Of a DNA stretch of 64,000 bases, positions 8,408-19,919 are shown one piece after another (position 1 is the stretch's first letter; every line of letters starts with the position of its first letter). The notes beneath the pieces are model-generated. The model did no database searches. It saw nothing but the letters and a program-made list of their open reading frames with translations, and was not told where the DNA came from. Position numbers and translations under genes: made by a program. The stretch covers positions 288,001 through 352,000 of the forward strand of contig CAVWVQ010000005.1 in assembly GCA_963758525.1 (NCBI GenBank). Reading direction: 5' to 3'. Origin of the DNA: an uncultured Phycisphaerales bacterium. Lineage in GTDB: Bacteria; Planctomycetota; Phycisphaerae; Tepidisphaerales; Tepidisphaeraceae.

Positions 8408-11062
8408 ATGAACTTCGAAGCTGTGAGCCCGCGTGTGGATCGTTCGTCGGCAATGGCCGGTGATCGCGAAGGGTTTCGCGCCCGCAGGGTGCGGCGCGAA
8501 AACACGCAATGGAAGAGCGTCTCGTCCACCAGTCTGGATTCACCGCCGGATCGACTGGCGATTGCCGTTGAAGCGATTGTTTACATGCTCCTTCTCTTCA
8601 TGCCCGCGGCGCTAGGCGCGGTGCAACCCTGGAGCGAGACGGTTGTCTTCGCTGGAAGCCTTGTCATTGCCTTCCTGCTGGCCGTCCGGCGGTGGCGTGG
8701 CGAGAGCAATGGGGCGGCCGGCTGGACGCTGCTTCCGATCGTTCTTTTCATCGGGTTGATTCTGCTCCAGTTGGCGCATTTGCCGGCGGGAGCGCTGCGA
8801 ATCATCGCGCCTCCGACGTTCGCCATGAAGAGGGAACTGCTCTCCGATCTTCCCAATCTCGCCCAGTTGACTCACTACATGACGCTGAGTTTTTATCCTC
8901 CCGCGACCCGTCACGACCTTCGCATCGTGCTGTTTGCAACCTCACTATTTGCCGCCACGATCGAGGTGTTCCGTCGGCCCGCGCAGATCGTTCGCCTGCT
9001 CGCGGTCATTGCCGCCATTGGCGGGGCTGAAGCGGTCCTGGCGCTGATTCAGAACTTCACGGGAACGGAAAAAATCTATTGGATCATTCCCTCGGCTTAT
9101 CGGGCGGTGTGTGGCTCGTTCATCAATTACAGCAACTTTTGTCAGTTTATGAACGCGTCGATCGGCGCTGCCCTGGGATTGCTTTTGGTCAAGGCCGAAG
9201 AACTGCCGCGCGAGCGCGAAGGGTTTAATTTCGGAACGTCCTTTGCCGAAATGATCGAGTCATTCAGCACGCTCAAGCTGCAGGGCATTGCCTCATTGGC
9301 GGTGATGATCATGCTCGGCTCCATTGCGGTTTTTCTGTCGATGAGCCGTGGTGGGATTCTTTCGTTCATGGTCGGCGTCAGCGTGATGGTGCTTCTGCTG
9401 GCCCGCCGCGGACGCCTGCGCGGCTACGGTTGGCTGATGACCGTGATCGGGTTGGCGGTGTTCGTCACGTTGCTATATGGCGGATTCGAGCTTGTCTGCG
9501 ATCGGCTCGCCACCATCTACAAGTGCCCCGATCCTTCTTCGGGCCGCTTTCAAACATATAAGGACATAGCCGTTGTTTGCCGTCGATTTCCGATCATGGG
9601 AATCGGACTGGGATCACACTCTCTGGTCTATCCGATGTTCGATCGCTCCAATAACCTCAATCTGGCCGAATATGCTGACAGTGACTGGTTTCAGCTGTTC
9701 GAAGAGACGGGAATTCTGGGAATCACGCTCGTTCTCGCGTTTGTTGGACTGATCGGATTTCATCTCGCCCGCGCGATCCGTGCTGATCGTCCTGCTATTT
9801 GTACTGCCGCGTTTGGGTTGGGAGCGGGGCTGATTGCGGTCGTCGGTCACAGTTTTACCGATTTTGGCCAGCATCTCCCCGCAGACGCGGCTCTTTCCGC
9901 GATCTTCTGCGGCCTGATCGTCAATTTCTCACGCATGCCTGGCGCGGGGCAACCCAAGCCCGCATTATCCGAGTCTCCGCTCGCCGGTACTGGTTGGCTG
10001 CCGCGACTGGCGCGGGCCGTTCCCTTCATTGCGCTGACGGCTGCACTTGCCTGGGCGCTGATCAGCGCGGAAACCATGCGTGTGGCGGCCGGACACTGGG
10101 ACCAAGCCTCTGCGATGGGCGAGGCGCTGGGCCAAAAGAACTGGTTGGGAAATGATGCCGAGTACACGTCGCTCCTGCAGGAGGCGACTGCGGCTGCCGA
10201 TCTCGAGCCGGATAATGTCAATTACGAATACGGTTTGAATTGCATGCGTTGGTATGCAGTCAGCCGCGCTCCCGATGGCAGTGCGCCGGCGACCGACGGT
10301 CAAATCACCTTCACGCCGGAAGCGCTCGGCTTTATCCAGCAGATCGTCGGCGAGTTGCACGGAGCTCGGCTGCTGTGCCCGACCTTCGGCCCACTTTCTT
10401 CGTTCGCCGGCCAGTTGGAGCTGTTCGCCCTGGGCGAGCCTATCGGAGCCCAGCACGTTCGTCAGGGCTTCGCGTTGAATCCAACTCATCCGGCTGTCTG
10501 CTTCTCCGCTGCCCGGGTTGCAGCATCTGAAGGGAAATGGGACGAATCGATTCAGGAATTTCAATGCGCCTTGAGTCTGGATCGAGAGCTCTTCCCGCAG
10601 ATCCTGCCGATCTACATTCAGGCGAAGCGTCCCGATCTTGCCATCAAACTGGCTAAGAATGATCCTCAACATCTTCTCGATGCTGCCTATGCGCTGGATG
10701 CGACCGGGAAGCGAAGCGAGGACGCCGCGGTTGGAAAAGCGTTCGAGGAAACCATGGTTGAGCTCCGTGCCGACAGTCTGCAAGAAGACGCGCCGGTCTG
10801 GCTCCTGCGCGGGATGGTCGATCTCGCCGTGAAGCAGAACGATTTCAGCGGCGCGATCACCTTCATGAAACGTGCGATTGTCAAGGACTATGGCAAGCCT
10901 GACTGGCATCTTCTGCTTGCACAACTTCTGGCGCAGCAGGGACGCACGATGGACGCGGTTCACGAAGCCCGGATCACGCTTCGGCTCAACCCTGCGGCGG
11001 AGGATGCGCGTCAGTTGCTGGGAAACCTCAGCACCCGTCGCGATTTCGTCTCTGAAAACTGA
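8408..11062 (+). CDS. O-antigen ligase family membrane protein with C-terminal TPR-like repeats
   Basis: About 12 hydrophobic segments, GSFINYSNF, SMSRGG, FPIMGIGLGS, HSFTDFGQH; helical TPR-like C-terminus. Start may be GTG 8396. Confidence 0.82.
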   Translation: MNFEAVSPRVDRSSAMAGDREGFRARRVRRENTQWKSVSSTSLDSPPDRLAIAVEAIVYMLLLFMPAALGAVQPWSETVVFAGSLVIAFLLAVRRWRGESNGAAGWTLLPIVLFIGLILLQLAHLPAGALRIIAPPTFAMKRELLSDLPNLAQLTHYMTLSFYPPATRHDLRIVLFATSLFAATIEVFRRPAQIVRLLAVIAAIGGAEAVLALIQNFTGTEKIYWIIPSAYRAVCGSFINYSNFCQFMNASIGAALGLLLVKAEELPREREGFNFGTSFAEMIESFSTLKLQGIASLAVMIMLGSIAVFLSMSRGGILSFMVGVSVMVLLLARRGRLRGYGWLMTVIGLAVFVTLLYGGFELVCDRLATIYKCPDPSSGRFQTYKDIAVVCRRFPIMGIGLGSHSLVYPMFDRSNNLNLAEYADSDWFQLFEETGILGITLVLAFVGLIGFHLARAIRADRPAICTAAFGLGAGLIAVVGHSFTDFGQHLPADAALSAIFCGLIVNFSRMPGAGQPKPALSESPLAGTGWLPRLARAVPFIALTAALAWALISAETMRVAAGHWDQASAMGEALGQKNWLGNDAEYTSLLQEATAAADLEPDNVNYEYGLNCMRWYAVSRAPDGSAPATDGQITFTPEALGFIQQIVGELHGARLLCPTFGPLSSFAGQLELFALGEPIGAQHVRQGFALNPTHPAVCFSAARVAASEGKWDESIQEFQCALSLDRELFPQILPIYIQAKRPDLAIKLAKNDPQHLLDAAYALDATGKRSEDAAVGKAFEETMVELRADSLQEDAPVWLLRGMVDLAVKQNDFSGAITFMKRAIVKDYGKPDWHLLLAQLLAQQGRTMDAVHEARITLRLNPAAEDARQLLGNLSTRRDFVSEN

Positions 11063-11219
11063 TCTTCGTTGATGGGCAAGGCAGTCCCGTGCGGCAAAAT
11101 CAGATCCGGCCGCGCGACGGCCCAGTCTGACGGCGCCGCTGGGAATTCGGTTCTGCGTCGGCGTGCCGGCGTATGTATCTATCAGGGGTTAACTTCCTTT
11201 AAGTCTGGGGAGCAGATAC

Positions 11220-12838
11220 ATGAGTGCAATACAAGGTCGTACCGTTTTGCATCAGGAGATCGATCTCACCGATTTGCCTGGTGAGATCGGTTTGGGAACA
11301 AGCCTCGCTGAGGTGCTTCCGGCCTCGATGGTTTTGGCGCAGCAGCGCGCCATCGAACAGAACGGGGTCACAGGGACGGAAGATCTCTTGGCGAGTTCGC
11401 CACGGTGCTTCCCCGCTCAAAGGCGTCGCGACGCCATCTTCTTCGGTCCAAACAGATCATCTGCACCGTCTTCCCCCTCCTGGCAGCTGACGTGCTCGCG
11501 GCCTATCTGTCCGGAATCGTCTCGCTTCTGATCCTCAAAGCGATTGCCGTCGCGCCGCTGGCAAGGCTTGGCTGGGCATCGCCGGTGATTTTGCTGCCGG
11601 TCTTGATAGCCTACTGGGCAGGGGGGCTGTATCCCGGAATCGGACTGCATCCGGTCGTAGAGTTTAGAAAGATCGTCAAGCTCAATACATTTGTCTTTCT
11701 TGGAGTGCTGCTGGCGTCGATGATCGAGCTGGCGCCAGCGCGAAGCTCGGCATTTTTCGCGATCAGTTGGGCGTTCTCAGTGGCAGCGATGCCCCTCGCA
11801 CGCGGGGCAGCCCGCAACTGGAGCGCCCGTCGTTTATGGTGGGGCTATCCTGCGCTGATCATCGGGTGCAGCAAGGGCGCCGAAAAGGTTCTGGCCACTC
11901 TTCAGGAGACTCCGCGAACCGGGCTTCGTCCTGTAGGCCTGATCGACTTGTCGGAGCGCCGCGATGATGATTCGTCGATTACGATCTGTACTCGACGCGC
12001 AGCGATGGCCGATGCGCTGATCGAAAAGTTCGCGATTCCCTATGGCATCGTCGCGATGCCCGACTTGTCACGCCATGAGATTGTCGAGCTGATCAATCAC
12101 TGTTCAAGCCAGGTCCCGCATCTGCTGCTGCTGTCCAACTGCGACGATGTTCCAAGCCTGTGGAACGCGCCGAGACTTTGTGGAAGCATGCCTGGCACCG
12201 AAGTGCGCAACGGGCTGATGCTGGCAAGTCTGCGGGGGATCAAGCGGGCCATGGACTTCGGTTTCGCGGCGTCGGCGACACTGATCGCAAGTCCGCTGAT
12301 CGCTGCAATTCTGGTACTCGTGAAACTGTCCAGTCCCGGGCCGGTGTTCTACGGACACCGGAGAATTGGGCTGCAGGGCGGATCCTTCAAAGCCTGGAAG
12401 TTTCGCACGATGCACGTCGATGGCGATGAAATTCTGAGAAGGCATCTCTCATCGAACCCCGAAGCGCGCGAGGAATGGGAGCGCGATCACAAGTTGCGCA
12501 ACGATCCACGCGTGACATCCGTCGGGCGGCTCTTGCGCAAATTGAGTCTGGATGAATTGCCGCAGCTTTGGAATGTGCTGAAGGGCGAAATGAGCATGGT
12601 TGGACCGCGGCCGATCGTCGACGAGGAGGTCGAAAAATATGGCCGGGTCTATTCCCTCTATACGGGAGTCGTCCCGGGAATCACCGGGCTTTGGCAGATC
12701 TCGGGGCGCAACGATACGACCTACGGGCAGCGTGTTCGATTGGACAGTTATTACGTGCGCAACTGGTCGCCATGGCTCGACGTCTATATCCTCGCGCGGA
12801 CGCCGCTGGCCGTACTTTGCGGCAAGGGAGCCTGCTGA
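11220..12838 (+). CDS. wbaP: Undecaprenyl-phosphate galactose phosphotransferase / priming sugar transferase (frameshift near 11401)
   Basis: [71 protein letters not shown] 11220 with GGGGAG joins ORF 11405..12838 if one base is restored. Confidence 0.88.
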
Positions 12839-12882
12839 ACTTGTGTCGTTTTGATTAGTCGTAACCGTAGTCGCAGCACCCT

Positions 12883-14205
12883 ATGAATTCATTGTCGCAC
12901 CGCAGACTTGCAAAGGACACGACTTGGACCACGGTTGCGCTGGGCAGCCGGCTTGGGTTTCAAGCGCTCTATTACGTGCTATTGGCGCGGACTCTGGGCG
13001 CTCACGGATTAGGGGTGTTCGCAAGTGCCCTCGCCCTGGTCAACATCCTCTCTCCGTTCAGCGGCGTTGGAGCCGGAAGTCTGATCGTCAAATACGTCGC
13101 TCGTGACCGCAATGCGCTGGGCTTTTACTTTTCCCACGCGGTGAAAGCCATGATAGTCAGCGGTGCGCTGCTGGCGGCGGCATGCGTGGCGCTTCGCGGC
13201 CCAAGCCTTGGTCCGAGTGTTGGCTGGAGGGTCGTCATCCTGGTTGCCGTTTCCGAATTGATTGTGGTTCGCTATGTGGAAACGATCGTCCAGACGCTTC
13301 AAGCGATCGACCGACTCGATCTGATGGCTCACGTCCAGTTCGTGACCGGAGCCGTCCGGCTCGTTGCGGTCTTGGTCTGCCTGGGCATTGACCGCCATCC
13401 ATCGGTTGTCACTTTCTCCGGCTGCTATCTGGCTGCCGGCATCGTTTCGGCGATCCTCGCTCACGCAATGCTGGCTCGCGAGGCAGGCTCGCTGTCGGTG
13501 ACAACGCTTCCCGGATCGTCGCTTGCTAGCCGCCTGCGCGACGGCTTGCCGTTCTCCATCGGTGTCGCTTCCAAGTCGGTTTACGCTGACATCGATAAGA
13601 CGATGCTCACCCGGATGGTGTCCGCCGACGTGACCGGAATCTACACTGCCGCCTATCGTCTTGTGACTACCGTGTCGATTCCGATTCTGGCTGCTGTCAT
13701 GTCGGTCAACACGCGGCTTTTCAAGCGGGGGAAGGACGGGCTCGGTTCTGCCGTCGGGCTTGCAAGACAAATCATGCCGTATCTGCTCGCCTACGCCGTG
13801 CTCACCGGCGGTTTGATTTACCTTTGCGCTCCGATGCTCACGCTGGTCCTTGGGGAGTCGTTCGCGCCCTCGGTAGCGGTCGTCCGCTGGCTGGCGTTCG
13901 TACCGGTCATCCAGGCGGTGCATTATCTTCTCGGTGATACGCTGATGGGGGCGGATTTTCAGGGGTGGCGCAGCGCGTGCCAATGCATCGTGGCCGCCGT
14001 GAACATTGTGCTGAATCTTTGGCTGATTCCGCTGATGTCTTGGAAGGGGGCGGTGATTGCGACGTTCCTGTCCGAAGGACTGCTGGCGGTGCTGATGGTG
14101 TTCATGATTTTCCGATACATCCGCATTGAGTCCGCCGCGCAGGCTGAAACCTCGGTTGACTGCGGCTCCGACTCCTTGATGCCTGCGATCGCGGAGGTCG
14201 CGTGA
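12883..14205 (+). CDS. wzx: Oligosaccharide flippase (Wzx family)
   Basis: LARTLGAHGLGVF, IDKTML, GIYTAAYRL, LNLWLIP..SWKGAVIAT; about 12 TM; polysaccharide locus context. Confidence 0.85.
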   Translation: MNSLSHRRLAKDTTWTTVALGSRLGFQALYYVLLARTLGAHGLGVFASALALVNILSPFSGVGAGSLIVKYVARDRNALGFYFSHAVKAMIVSGALLAAACVALRGPSLGPSVGWRVVILVAVSELIVVRYVETIVQTLQAIDRLDLMAHVQFVTGAVRLVAVLVCLGIDRHPSVVTFSGCYLAAGIVSAILAHAMLAREAGSLSVTTLPGSSLASRLRDGLPFSIGVASKSVYADIDKTMLTRMVSADVTGIYTAAYRLVTTVSIPILAAVMSVNTRLFKRGKDGLGSAVGLARQIMPYLLAYAVLTGGLIYLCAPMLTLVLGESFAPSVAVVRWLAFVPVIQAVHYLLGDTLMGADFQGWRSACQCIVAAVNIVLNLWLIPLMSWKGAVIATFLSEGLLAVLMVFMIFRYIRIESAAQAETSVDCGSDSLMPAIAEVA

Positions 14206-15428
14206 AGCTGCTGATGGTCAGCGCACGCTACGCGCCTCATCTGCACGGCGGGGGCGAAATCAGCACGATGCACTTTGCCGAGATGCTCATCAATGCGGGC
14301 GTCGAGGTCACGGTGGTCACAACGCATCCGCAGGGCGAGGTCGAGAAGGATGAGATCCGGGGCGTCCGCGTCATCCGGCTGCCCAATCGAAATCTCTACT
14401 GGCAGGTCCCCGGAGTTTCGCAACCGAAGTGGAAGAAGGCTGGCTGGCACGTCCTGGACCTGTACAATATCCCCATGTATCGGGCATTGCGGAAGGTCAT
14501 CCGCCAGACGCAGCCCGACCTGATTCAGACTCATGCCTTGGAGGGGTTTTCCTGTTCGGCGTGGTCGGCGGCACGTGATGAAGGCGTCGCCGTTTGTCAC
14601 TATATTCATAGCTACTACCTGCTTTGTCCGCGCGCAACGATGCATCGAGGCGGAAACAACTGCTCATCTCAATGCGGCTCCTGCGCCGTCATCACGCAGC
14701 CCCGGCGTCGGGCATCAAAGCTCGTGGACGGAGTCATCGGAAACAGCAGATACGTCCTGGACCTGCATCTGCGGGCCGACTACTTTCCAAACGCGAAACA
14801 TCGAACGGTGATCAGCGGGTCGTATGACACAAAGATCTCCGAGAGTGACATCACCGATCGTTCGTCCGGTCCGCTTCGGCTTGGCTATCTGGGAAGGCTC
14901 GATCCCACAAAGGGTCTCGATTGGCTCGTGGAGCAGATTCGCCGCGTGAAGCCCGGCATGGTCGAACTGCTCGTCGCCGGAAAGGGCAGCGAAGACTACG
15001 AAGCGGCGCTTCGCAGCAAATCGGCGGGGCTTCCAATCCGGTTTCTCGGTCACGTGGCGCCCGGCGCTTTTTTTCCGCTCATCGAACTGCTCGTCGCCCC
15101 GTCGATCTGGAACGAGCCTCACGGCCGCATCATTTACGAGGCATACGCCCATGGCATCCCCGTCGCGGCGCCCGCCCGCGGCGGAATGCCCGAACTGATC
15201 GAAGATGGATGCAATGGATTTATCCTTCGCCCTGACTCGGATGACCTTTTATCGGTTATTCAGAAACTGGCCGGCGATGCCAACTGCCTGAAGGGGATGC
15301 GTCATCGCGCCCTCCTGAGTGCCGGTCGATTCTCATCGACGCGGATTTGCGACGAGATGATGCGATTCCTCGCCGAGATGACGCCGGCTGCAATAGTGTC
15401 ATCGCCCGTTCAATTGGCTGAAGCTTAA
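14202..15428 (+). CDS. Glycosyltransferase family 4
   Basis: YLGRLDPTKG, PSIWNEPHGRIIYEAYAHGIPV, GGMPELI. Confidence 0.9.
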   Translation: MKLLMVSARYAPHLHGGGEISTMHFAEMLINAGVEVTVVTTHPQGEVEKDEIRGVRVIRLPNRNLYWQVPGVSQPKWKKAGWHVLDLYNIPMYRALRKVIRQTQPDLIQTHALEGFSCSAWSAARDEGVAVCHYIHSYYLLCPRATMHRGGNNCSSQCGSCAVITQPRRRASKLVDGVIGNSRYVLDLHLRADYFPNAKHRTVISGSYDTKISESDITDRSSGPLRLGYLGRLDPTKGLDWLVEQIRRVKPGMVELLVAGKGSEDYEAALRSKSAGLPIRFLGHVAPGAFFPLIELLVAPSIWNEPHGRIIYEAYAHGIPVAAPARGGMPELIEDGCNGFILRPDSDDLLSVIQKLAGDANCLKGMRHRALLSAGRFSSTRICDEMMRFLAEMTPAAIVSSPVQLAEA

Positions 15429-15442
15429 TAAGTTGTGATCAG

Positions 15443-16831
15443 ATGAACTCCATCGACGCCAAAATGAATGACTCTTTTCAAGCTCCCCGGGCACGTTGGC
15501 AATCTGAGCCGGCTCCTCAGGGCGTTGCAAGAATTTCAATTGCCCGGCGAGATCCTCCTGAGAAGGTCCTGTGGCATTGGAACGGCCGATTCGTTTTCAC
15601 ACCTCATGGGATCGTGCTGACCACCGTGGCGATCTCCGCGTTCTTCTGGCTGGTTCCCCTGGAAGGATTTGCCGTCACGGCAGTTCATCCGGAGCTGAGC
15701 GGCCTGTGTCTCCTGGCTGGGTGGTACCTGACAATCGTTCTCGCCGCCCGAGTCGGTTACGAACTGGGCGGCAACCTCCCGCTGGCCTCGGGTCTGATGA
15801 ACAACGAACGCATGGACATCGCTTATCTCGTCATCAGCGCCCTGGCCACCGTGGGCGTGATGGCTACCCTTCAGGCGGTGTCATCAGTTGGCGTCTCCTC
15901 TGTCATCGATGCCTTCACCAACTCGTACGCGAATTCACTCAAGTCATCGCTGTACGAGGATTATTCGGCGGGAATTTATACCCTTCGCTACGCATCGATA
16001 CTCGCGTCAGCGATCGCGATCTATCGCCTGATATTCGGGCGTGTCGATACAATTCTCGGGCAGACGCGTTACCCGGCCGCTCTGCTGCTCCTGGACATCT
16101 GGAACGTTTTGATGCTGCTCTTGAGCGCTGCAATCGCCAGCCGATTGTCGGTGATTTGCTGTATCGCCATCGTCGGGTATCTCGCGAGTCTCAGGGGAAC
16201 CCTCGGGCTGCTGAGAAATCGATATACGCTGCTGATCGCTGTTGTGATTATTGTGGCCATGGTTTTCTTCAACTACTCGCGCAATTCCCGTTATTACGGG
16301 AAGGTTTACGGAGTGGACAATCCGATTACCATGCAGTTGGGCGAAATGAAGCGATACGCGGGCGAGCCGTTTCGCGCGAGTATTGCCTGCTGCAGCGTGC
16401 TGGCGGGGAGTCAGGCCGATCGGATCGATGCGGATCTCACGCCGAAGGAAATTATTCTTCCGGGTTTTTTGATCGAGAAGGGCCGGGTGCCGCGCGAGTT
16501 GGAAATACGCTGGTACCATCGCTATGTGGATGTTGACGATTCTCTGACCACTAACTCAGCGTTTCTCGATATCATGCCTGTTCTTGGGGCCTGGGCGATT
16601 CCCTTCATCGGGTTCGTATCGCTGATGATGGGCATTGCGGCGGCGTGGCTTCCGCGGCATGGTTTCCTGCCCACCCTCTCCGCCGGTGCAATCACATACG
16701 GCTTTGCCGAACTGTGGCGCATCTATTTGTTCAACCAGGGCATCCTGATTTTTCTCATTGGTTTGCCCCTTCTTGTCGTGTTCGCCTCGCGATTCTGGAT
16801 CTCAGAACGCGGCGCTGGGCGCAGTGGGTAA
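15443..16831 (+). CDS. wzy: Putative O-antigen/EPS polymerase (Wzy)
   Basis: About 10 TM segments with one large periplasmic loop, located among GTs and Wzx; assigned mainly by topology and context. Confidence 0.6.
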   Translation: MNSIDAKMNDSFQAPRARWQSEPAPQGVARISIARRDPPEKVLWHWNGRFVFTPHGIVLTTVAISAFFWLVPLEGFAVTAVHPELSGLCLLAGWYLTIVLAARVGYELGGNLPLASGLMNNERMDIAYLVISALATVGVMATLQAVSSVGVSSVIDAFTNSYANSLKSSLYEDYSAGIYTLRYASILASAIAIYRLIFGRVDTILGQTRYPAALLLLDIWNVLMLLLSAAIASRLSVICCIAIVGYLASLRGTLGLLRNRYTLLIAVVIIVAMVFFNYSRNSRYYGKVYGVDNPITMQLGEMKRYAGEPFRASIACCSVLAGSQADRIDADLTPKEIILPGFLIEKGRVPRELEIRWYHRYVDVDDSLTTNSAFLDIMPVLGAWAIPFIGFVSLMMGIAAAWLPRHGFLPTLSAGAITYGFAELWRIYLFNQGILIFLIGLPLLVVFASRFWISERGAGRSG

Positions 16832-16834
16832 TCC

Positions 16835-17851
16835 ATGCAGATCATCGTGGATGCAAGATGGGTCGGGATCTACGGAATCCAACGGTACGCCGCCGAGGTC
16901 CTTCGCAGGGCTCCATCAAATGCGCAGTCCGTCAACTTGGTTGGCGGCCCGTCCCCGAGCAGCCCGCTCAGCCCCTTCTGGCTGTCGCGGAAGTTGGCCT
17001 GCTGCGGGCAAGGCGTCTTCTTTTCGCCGGGATATATGCCTCCCGCTTTCTCGGCTCGCTCCTATGTAGTCACTCTGCACGACCTGATTCCCTTGCGGAG
17101 TGCGACCAAGCTGCTCGCCGCCAAGCGCGCGTTCTTTCAGTTTGTGGTCAGACCGGCTGCAAGACGAGCGGCCCGGATCCTCACGGTTTCGGAATTCTCC
17201 CGAAGGGAAATCATCGACTGGCTCGATGTGCCACCGGAACGCGTGGTGGTAGTCGGCAACGGCGTCGATCCGAAATACTGCCCGGGAGAAGACCAATCCA
17301 AATACACGTTTCCATACGTTCTATATGTTGGCGGCAACAAGCCTCATAAGAACCTCAGGCGTTTGATGGCAGCATTCGCCTCGCCAGCGATCCCGTCGGA
17401 GTTCAAGCTGGTATTAAGTGGTGATTCCAACAGTGAGCTTGCCTCGATCATCTGCGAATTGGGCATCGGTGAACGCATTGTCTTCGCCGGTCGCCTTTCC
17501 GAGGATGAATTGGTAAGGCTCTATCGCGGGGCAGCGGCCCTGGCGCTGGTGTCCTTATACGAAGGTTTTGGGCTGCCGATTCTCGAGGCGATGGCCTGCG
17601 GGACTCCGGTGGTCACATCGAACTCCAGTTCGCTTCCGGAAGTCGCGGGCGAGGCAGCCGTATACGTCGATCCAATCTCGATCGACTCGATTGCCGGCGG
17701 AATCTCGGTCGTATTGCGCGATGAATCGCTGCGCAGCCGGCTGCGGCAGGCAGGGCTCGAACGAGCGGGGCGGTTTAGTTGGGACCGAACTGCCGGTCGC
17801 GTGTGGGATGTCGTCGAGCAGGTGACGAACGAGAAAGCGGGCGTTGCGTGA
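16835..17851 (+). CDS. Glycosyltransferase family 4 (mannosyltransferase-like)
   Basis: TLHDLIP, LTVSEFS, KPHKNL, SLYEGFGLPILEAMACGTPV, SSLPEVAG, FSWDRTA. Confidence 0.92.
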   Translation: MQIIVDARWVGIYGIQRYAAEVLRRAPSNAQSVNLVGGPSPSSPLSPFWLSRKLACCGQGVFFSPGYMPPAFSARSYVVTLHDLIPLRSATKLLAAKRAFFQFVVRPAARRAARILTVSEFSRREIIDWLDVPPERVVVVGNGVDPKYCPGEDQSKYTFPYVLYVGGNKPHKNLRRLMAAFASPAIPSEFKLVLSGDSNSELASIICELGIGERIVFAGRLSEDELVRLYRGAAALALVSLYEGFGLPILEAMACGTPVVTSNSSSLPEVAGEAAVYVDPISIDSIAGGISVVLRDESLRSRLRQAGLERAGRFSWDRTAGRVWDVVEQVTNEKAGVA

Positions 17852-19016
17852 AGACTGCGATTGTTCACGAATGGTTTTCCACCTACGCCGGCTCCGAGCG
17901 CGTCGTGGAGCAAATGCTCCAGCTCTATCCGGATGCAGACCTTTACGCATTGGTGGATTTTCTGCCTGAGAAAGAGCGCGGATTTCTGGAGGGACGGTCC
18001 GTCAGCACATCCTTTATTCAGAGATTGCCATTTGCTCGCAGGCGTTTTCGCGGATACCTGCCGCTGATGCCGCTGGCGATCGAGCAGTTTGATTTGGCAG
18101 GGTATGACCTGATTCTGTCCTCCAATCATGCCGTGGCAAAGGGCGTGATTCGCGGACCCGACCAGGTGCATATCAGTTATGTGCACACGCCGATGCGGTA
18201 CGCGTGGGATCTGCAGCACCAATATCTTCGCGAGTCGAACCTGGAGCACGGACTTCGCAGTTGGATCACAAGAGCCATTCTTCATTATGTTCGCAACTGG
18301 GATAGTTCGGCGGCCGGTCGCGTCGATCGCCTGGTCGCGAACAGCCGCTATGTCGTGCGCCGCATCTGGGCGCATATCGCCGCGAGGCGACGGTGATTCA
18401 TCCGCCGGTCGACGTGGACGCATTTTCGCTCTGCGAGGAGAAAGAAGACTTTTACGTAGCGGCTTCCCGCCTCGTTCCGTACAAGCGGATGCCGATGATT
18501 GCCGAGGCATTCGCAAAGATGCCGACTCGCAGGCTGGTCATCATTGGTGACGGTCCCGAAATGAACCGCGTGAGGGCCGCCGCTGCCCCAAACATTCAAG
18601 TGCTCGGCTATCAGCCATTCACGGTGCTCCGCGATTACCTGCAGCGTGCCAAAGCGCTGGTGTTCGCGGCGGAAGAGGATTTTGGAATCCTTCCCGTCGA
18701 GGCGATGGCCTGTGGAACTCCCGTCATCGCGTACGCCCGCGGCGGAATTCTGGATATCGTCGTTCCCGGCCAGACCGGGGTATTCTTTGAAGAGCAATCG
18801 GTCGAGGGGATTATCGATGCAGTTGAATCGGCCGACCCCGAATTGCGGCAATTCGACCCCGCGGCAATTCGTTCTCATGCCGAGCTTTACGGTCCCGAAC
18901 GTTTTCGCTCGGAGTTTTCCGCTGTGGTCGCCGCTGAAACCGCCAAATGGCGTAACCGCCGGCTCACCGAACGATTATTGCCTCCAGAACCCGCCAACCA
19001 GTATGCCGCATCCTGA
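17848..19016 (+). CDS. Glycosyltransferase family 4, WbaZ-like (frameshift near 18370)
   Basis: GTG start MKTAIVHEWF..YAGSERV, YVHTPMRYAWD, then IHPPVD, SRLVPYKR, AEEDFGILPVEAMACGTPVIAY. Confidence 0.9.
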
Positions 19017-19026
19017 GAGGAATGTT

Positions 19027-19752
19027 ATGTGCCGTCCAAATGACAAAGCCGTTAAAATAAATCGTTGTTCTCACATCCACGCGGCGCTCAATGACTCCAT
19101 CAACGAACTGCTGGAGCAGCACGGGCCCAAGGGCGGATCGCTCCTGGATATCGGGTGCTGGGACGGAGCGACGACGATGTCGTACGCGGCTTCGCTGAAA
19201 ACCGCCCAGTTAAGTGGAGTGGAGTGCATGCCCGTGCCGGCCGAGTCCGCCAAGGCGAAGGGGATCACCATCATCGACGCCAATCTCGAGACTGACATTC
19301 TCGCATGCGCCGATGAATCCATAGACATCGCCGTGTGCAATCAGGTATTCGAGCACCTCAAAGACATCTTCCATCCCATGGACGAGATTGCCCGGGTCTT
19401 GAAGACAGGCGGGCTGCTGGTCATCTCTGTCCCCAATCTCGCAAGTTTTCACAATCGCTGCATGCTGGCGCTAGGGTTGCAGCCGTCCTCGATTCGGATT
19501 TGGGGCCCGCACGTGCGAGGGTACAGCCTCAACGAATTTACGAAGTTCTGCACCACTGGAGGGTGCTTTGAAGTAGTCGACATCAGGGGGGTCGGCTTTT
19601 ATCCGTTCTCGCCCAAGGGTGGCGGAAATCTTCTCGGGAACGTCTGGAAGACTGCGTGCCATACACCCATCTGGGTATTGCGCAGGACTGCTGAACGCGG
19701 GACTTCGTTTCGCAATATGTACCAGTCGATGGGTCAGCAGACTTTGATGTAA
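19027..19752 (+). CDS. Class I SAM-dependent methyltransferase
   Basis: LLDIGCWDG motif I, NQVFEHL, LKTGGLLVISVPN. Confidence 0.85.
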   Translation: MCRPNDKAVKINRCSHIHAALNDSINELLEQHGPKGGSLLDIGCWDGATTMSYAASLKTAQLSGVECMPVPAESAKAKGITIIDANLETDILACADESIDIAVCNQVFEHLKDIFHPMDEIARVLKTGGLLVISVPNLASFHNRCMLALGLQPSSIRIWGPHVRGYSLNEFTKFCTTGGCFEVVDIRGVGFYPFSPKGGGNLLGNVWKTACHTPIWVLRRTAERGTSFRNMYQSMGQQTLM

Positions 19753-19919
19753 ATACCAAACTATTCGCGGCTCCGCCCTGGAGAAGGCCGGCCGCTCGAA
19801 TGTTTCACGCGGAAAATGCCTGCATCGGCGATGGTCGCCGATGCTGAACGGTGGAATTCGCCCCCGATTAAAATGCTCGGGGACGCAGTTGCAACTTTTG
19901 AAGATACGGCAGGGAGATT

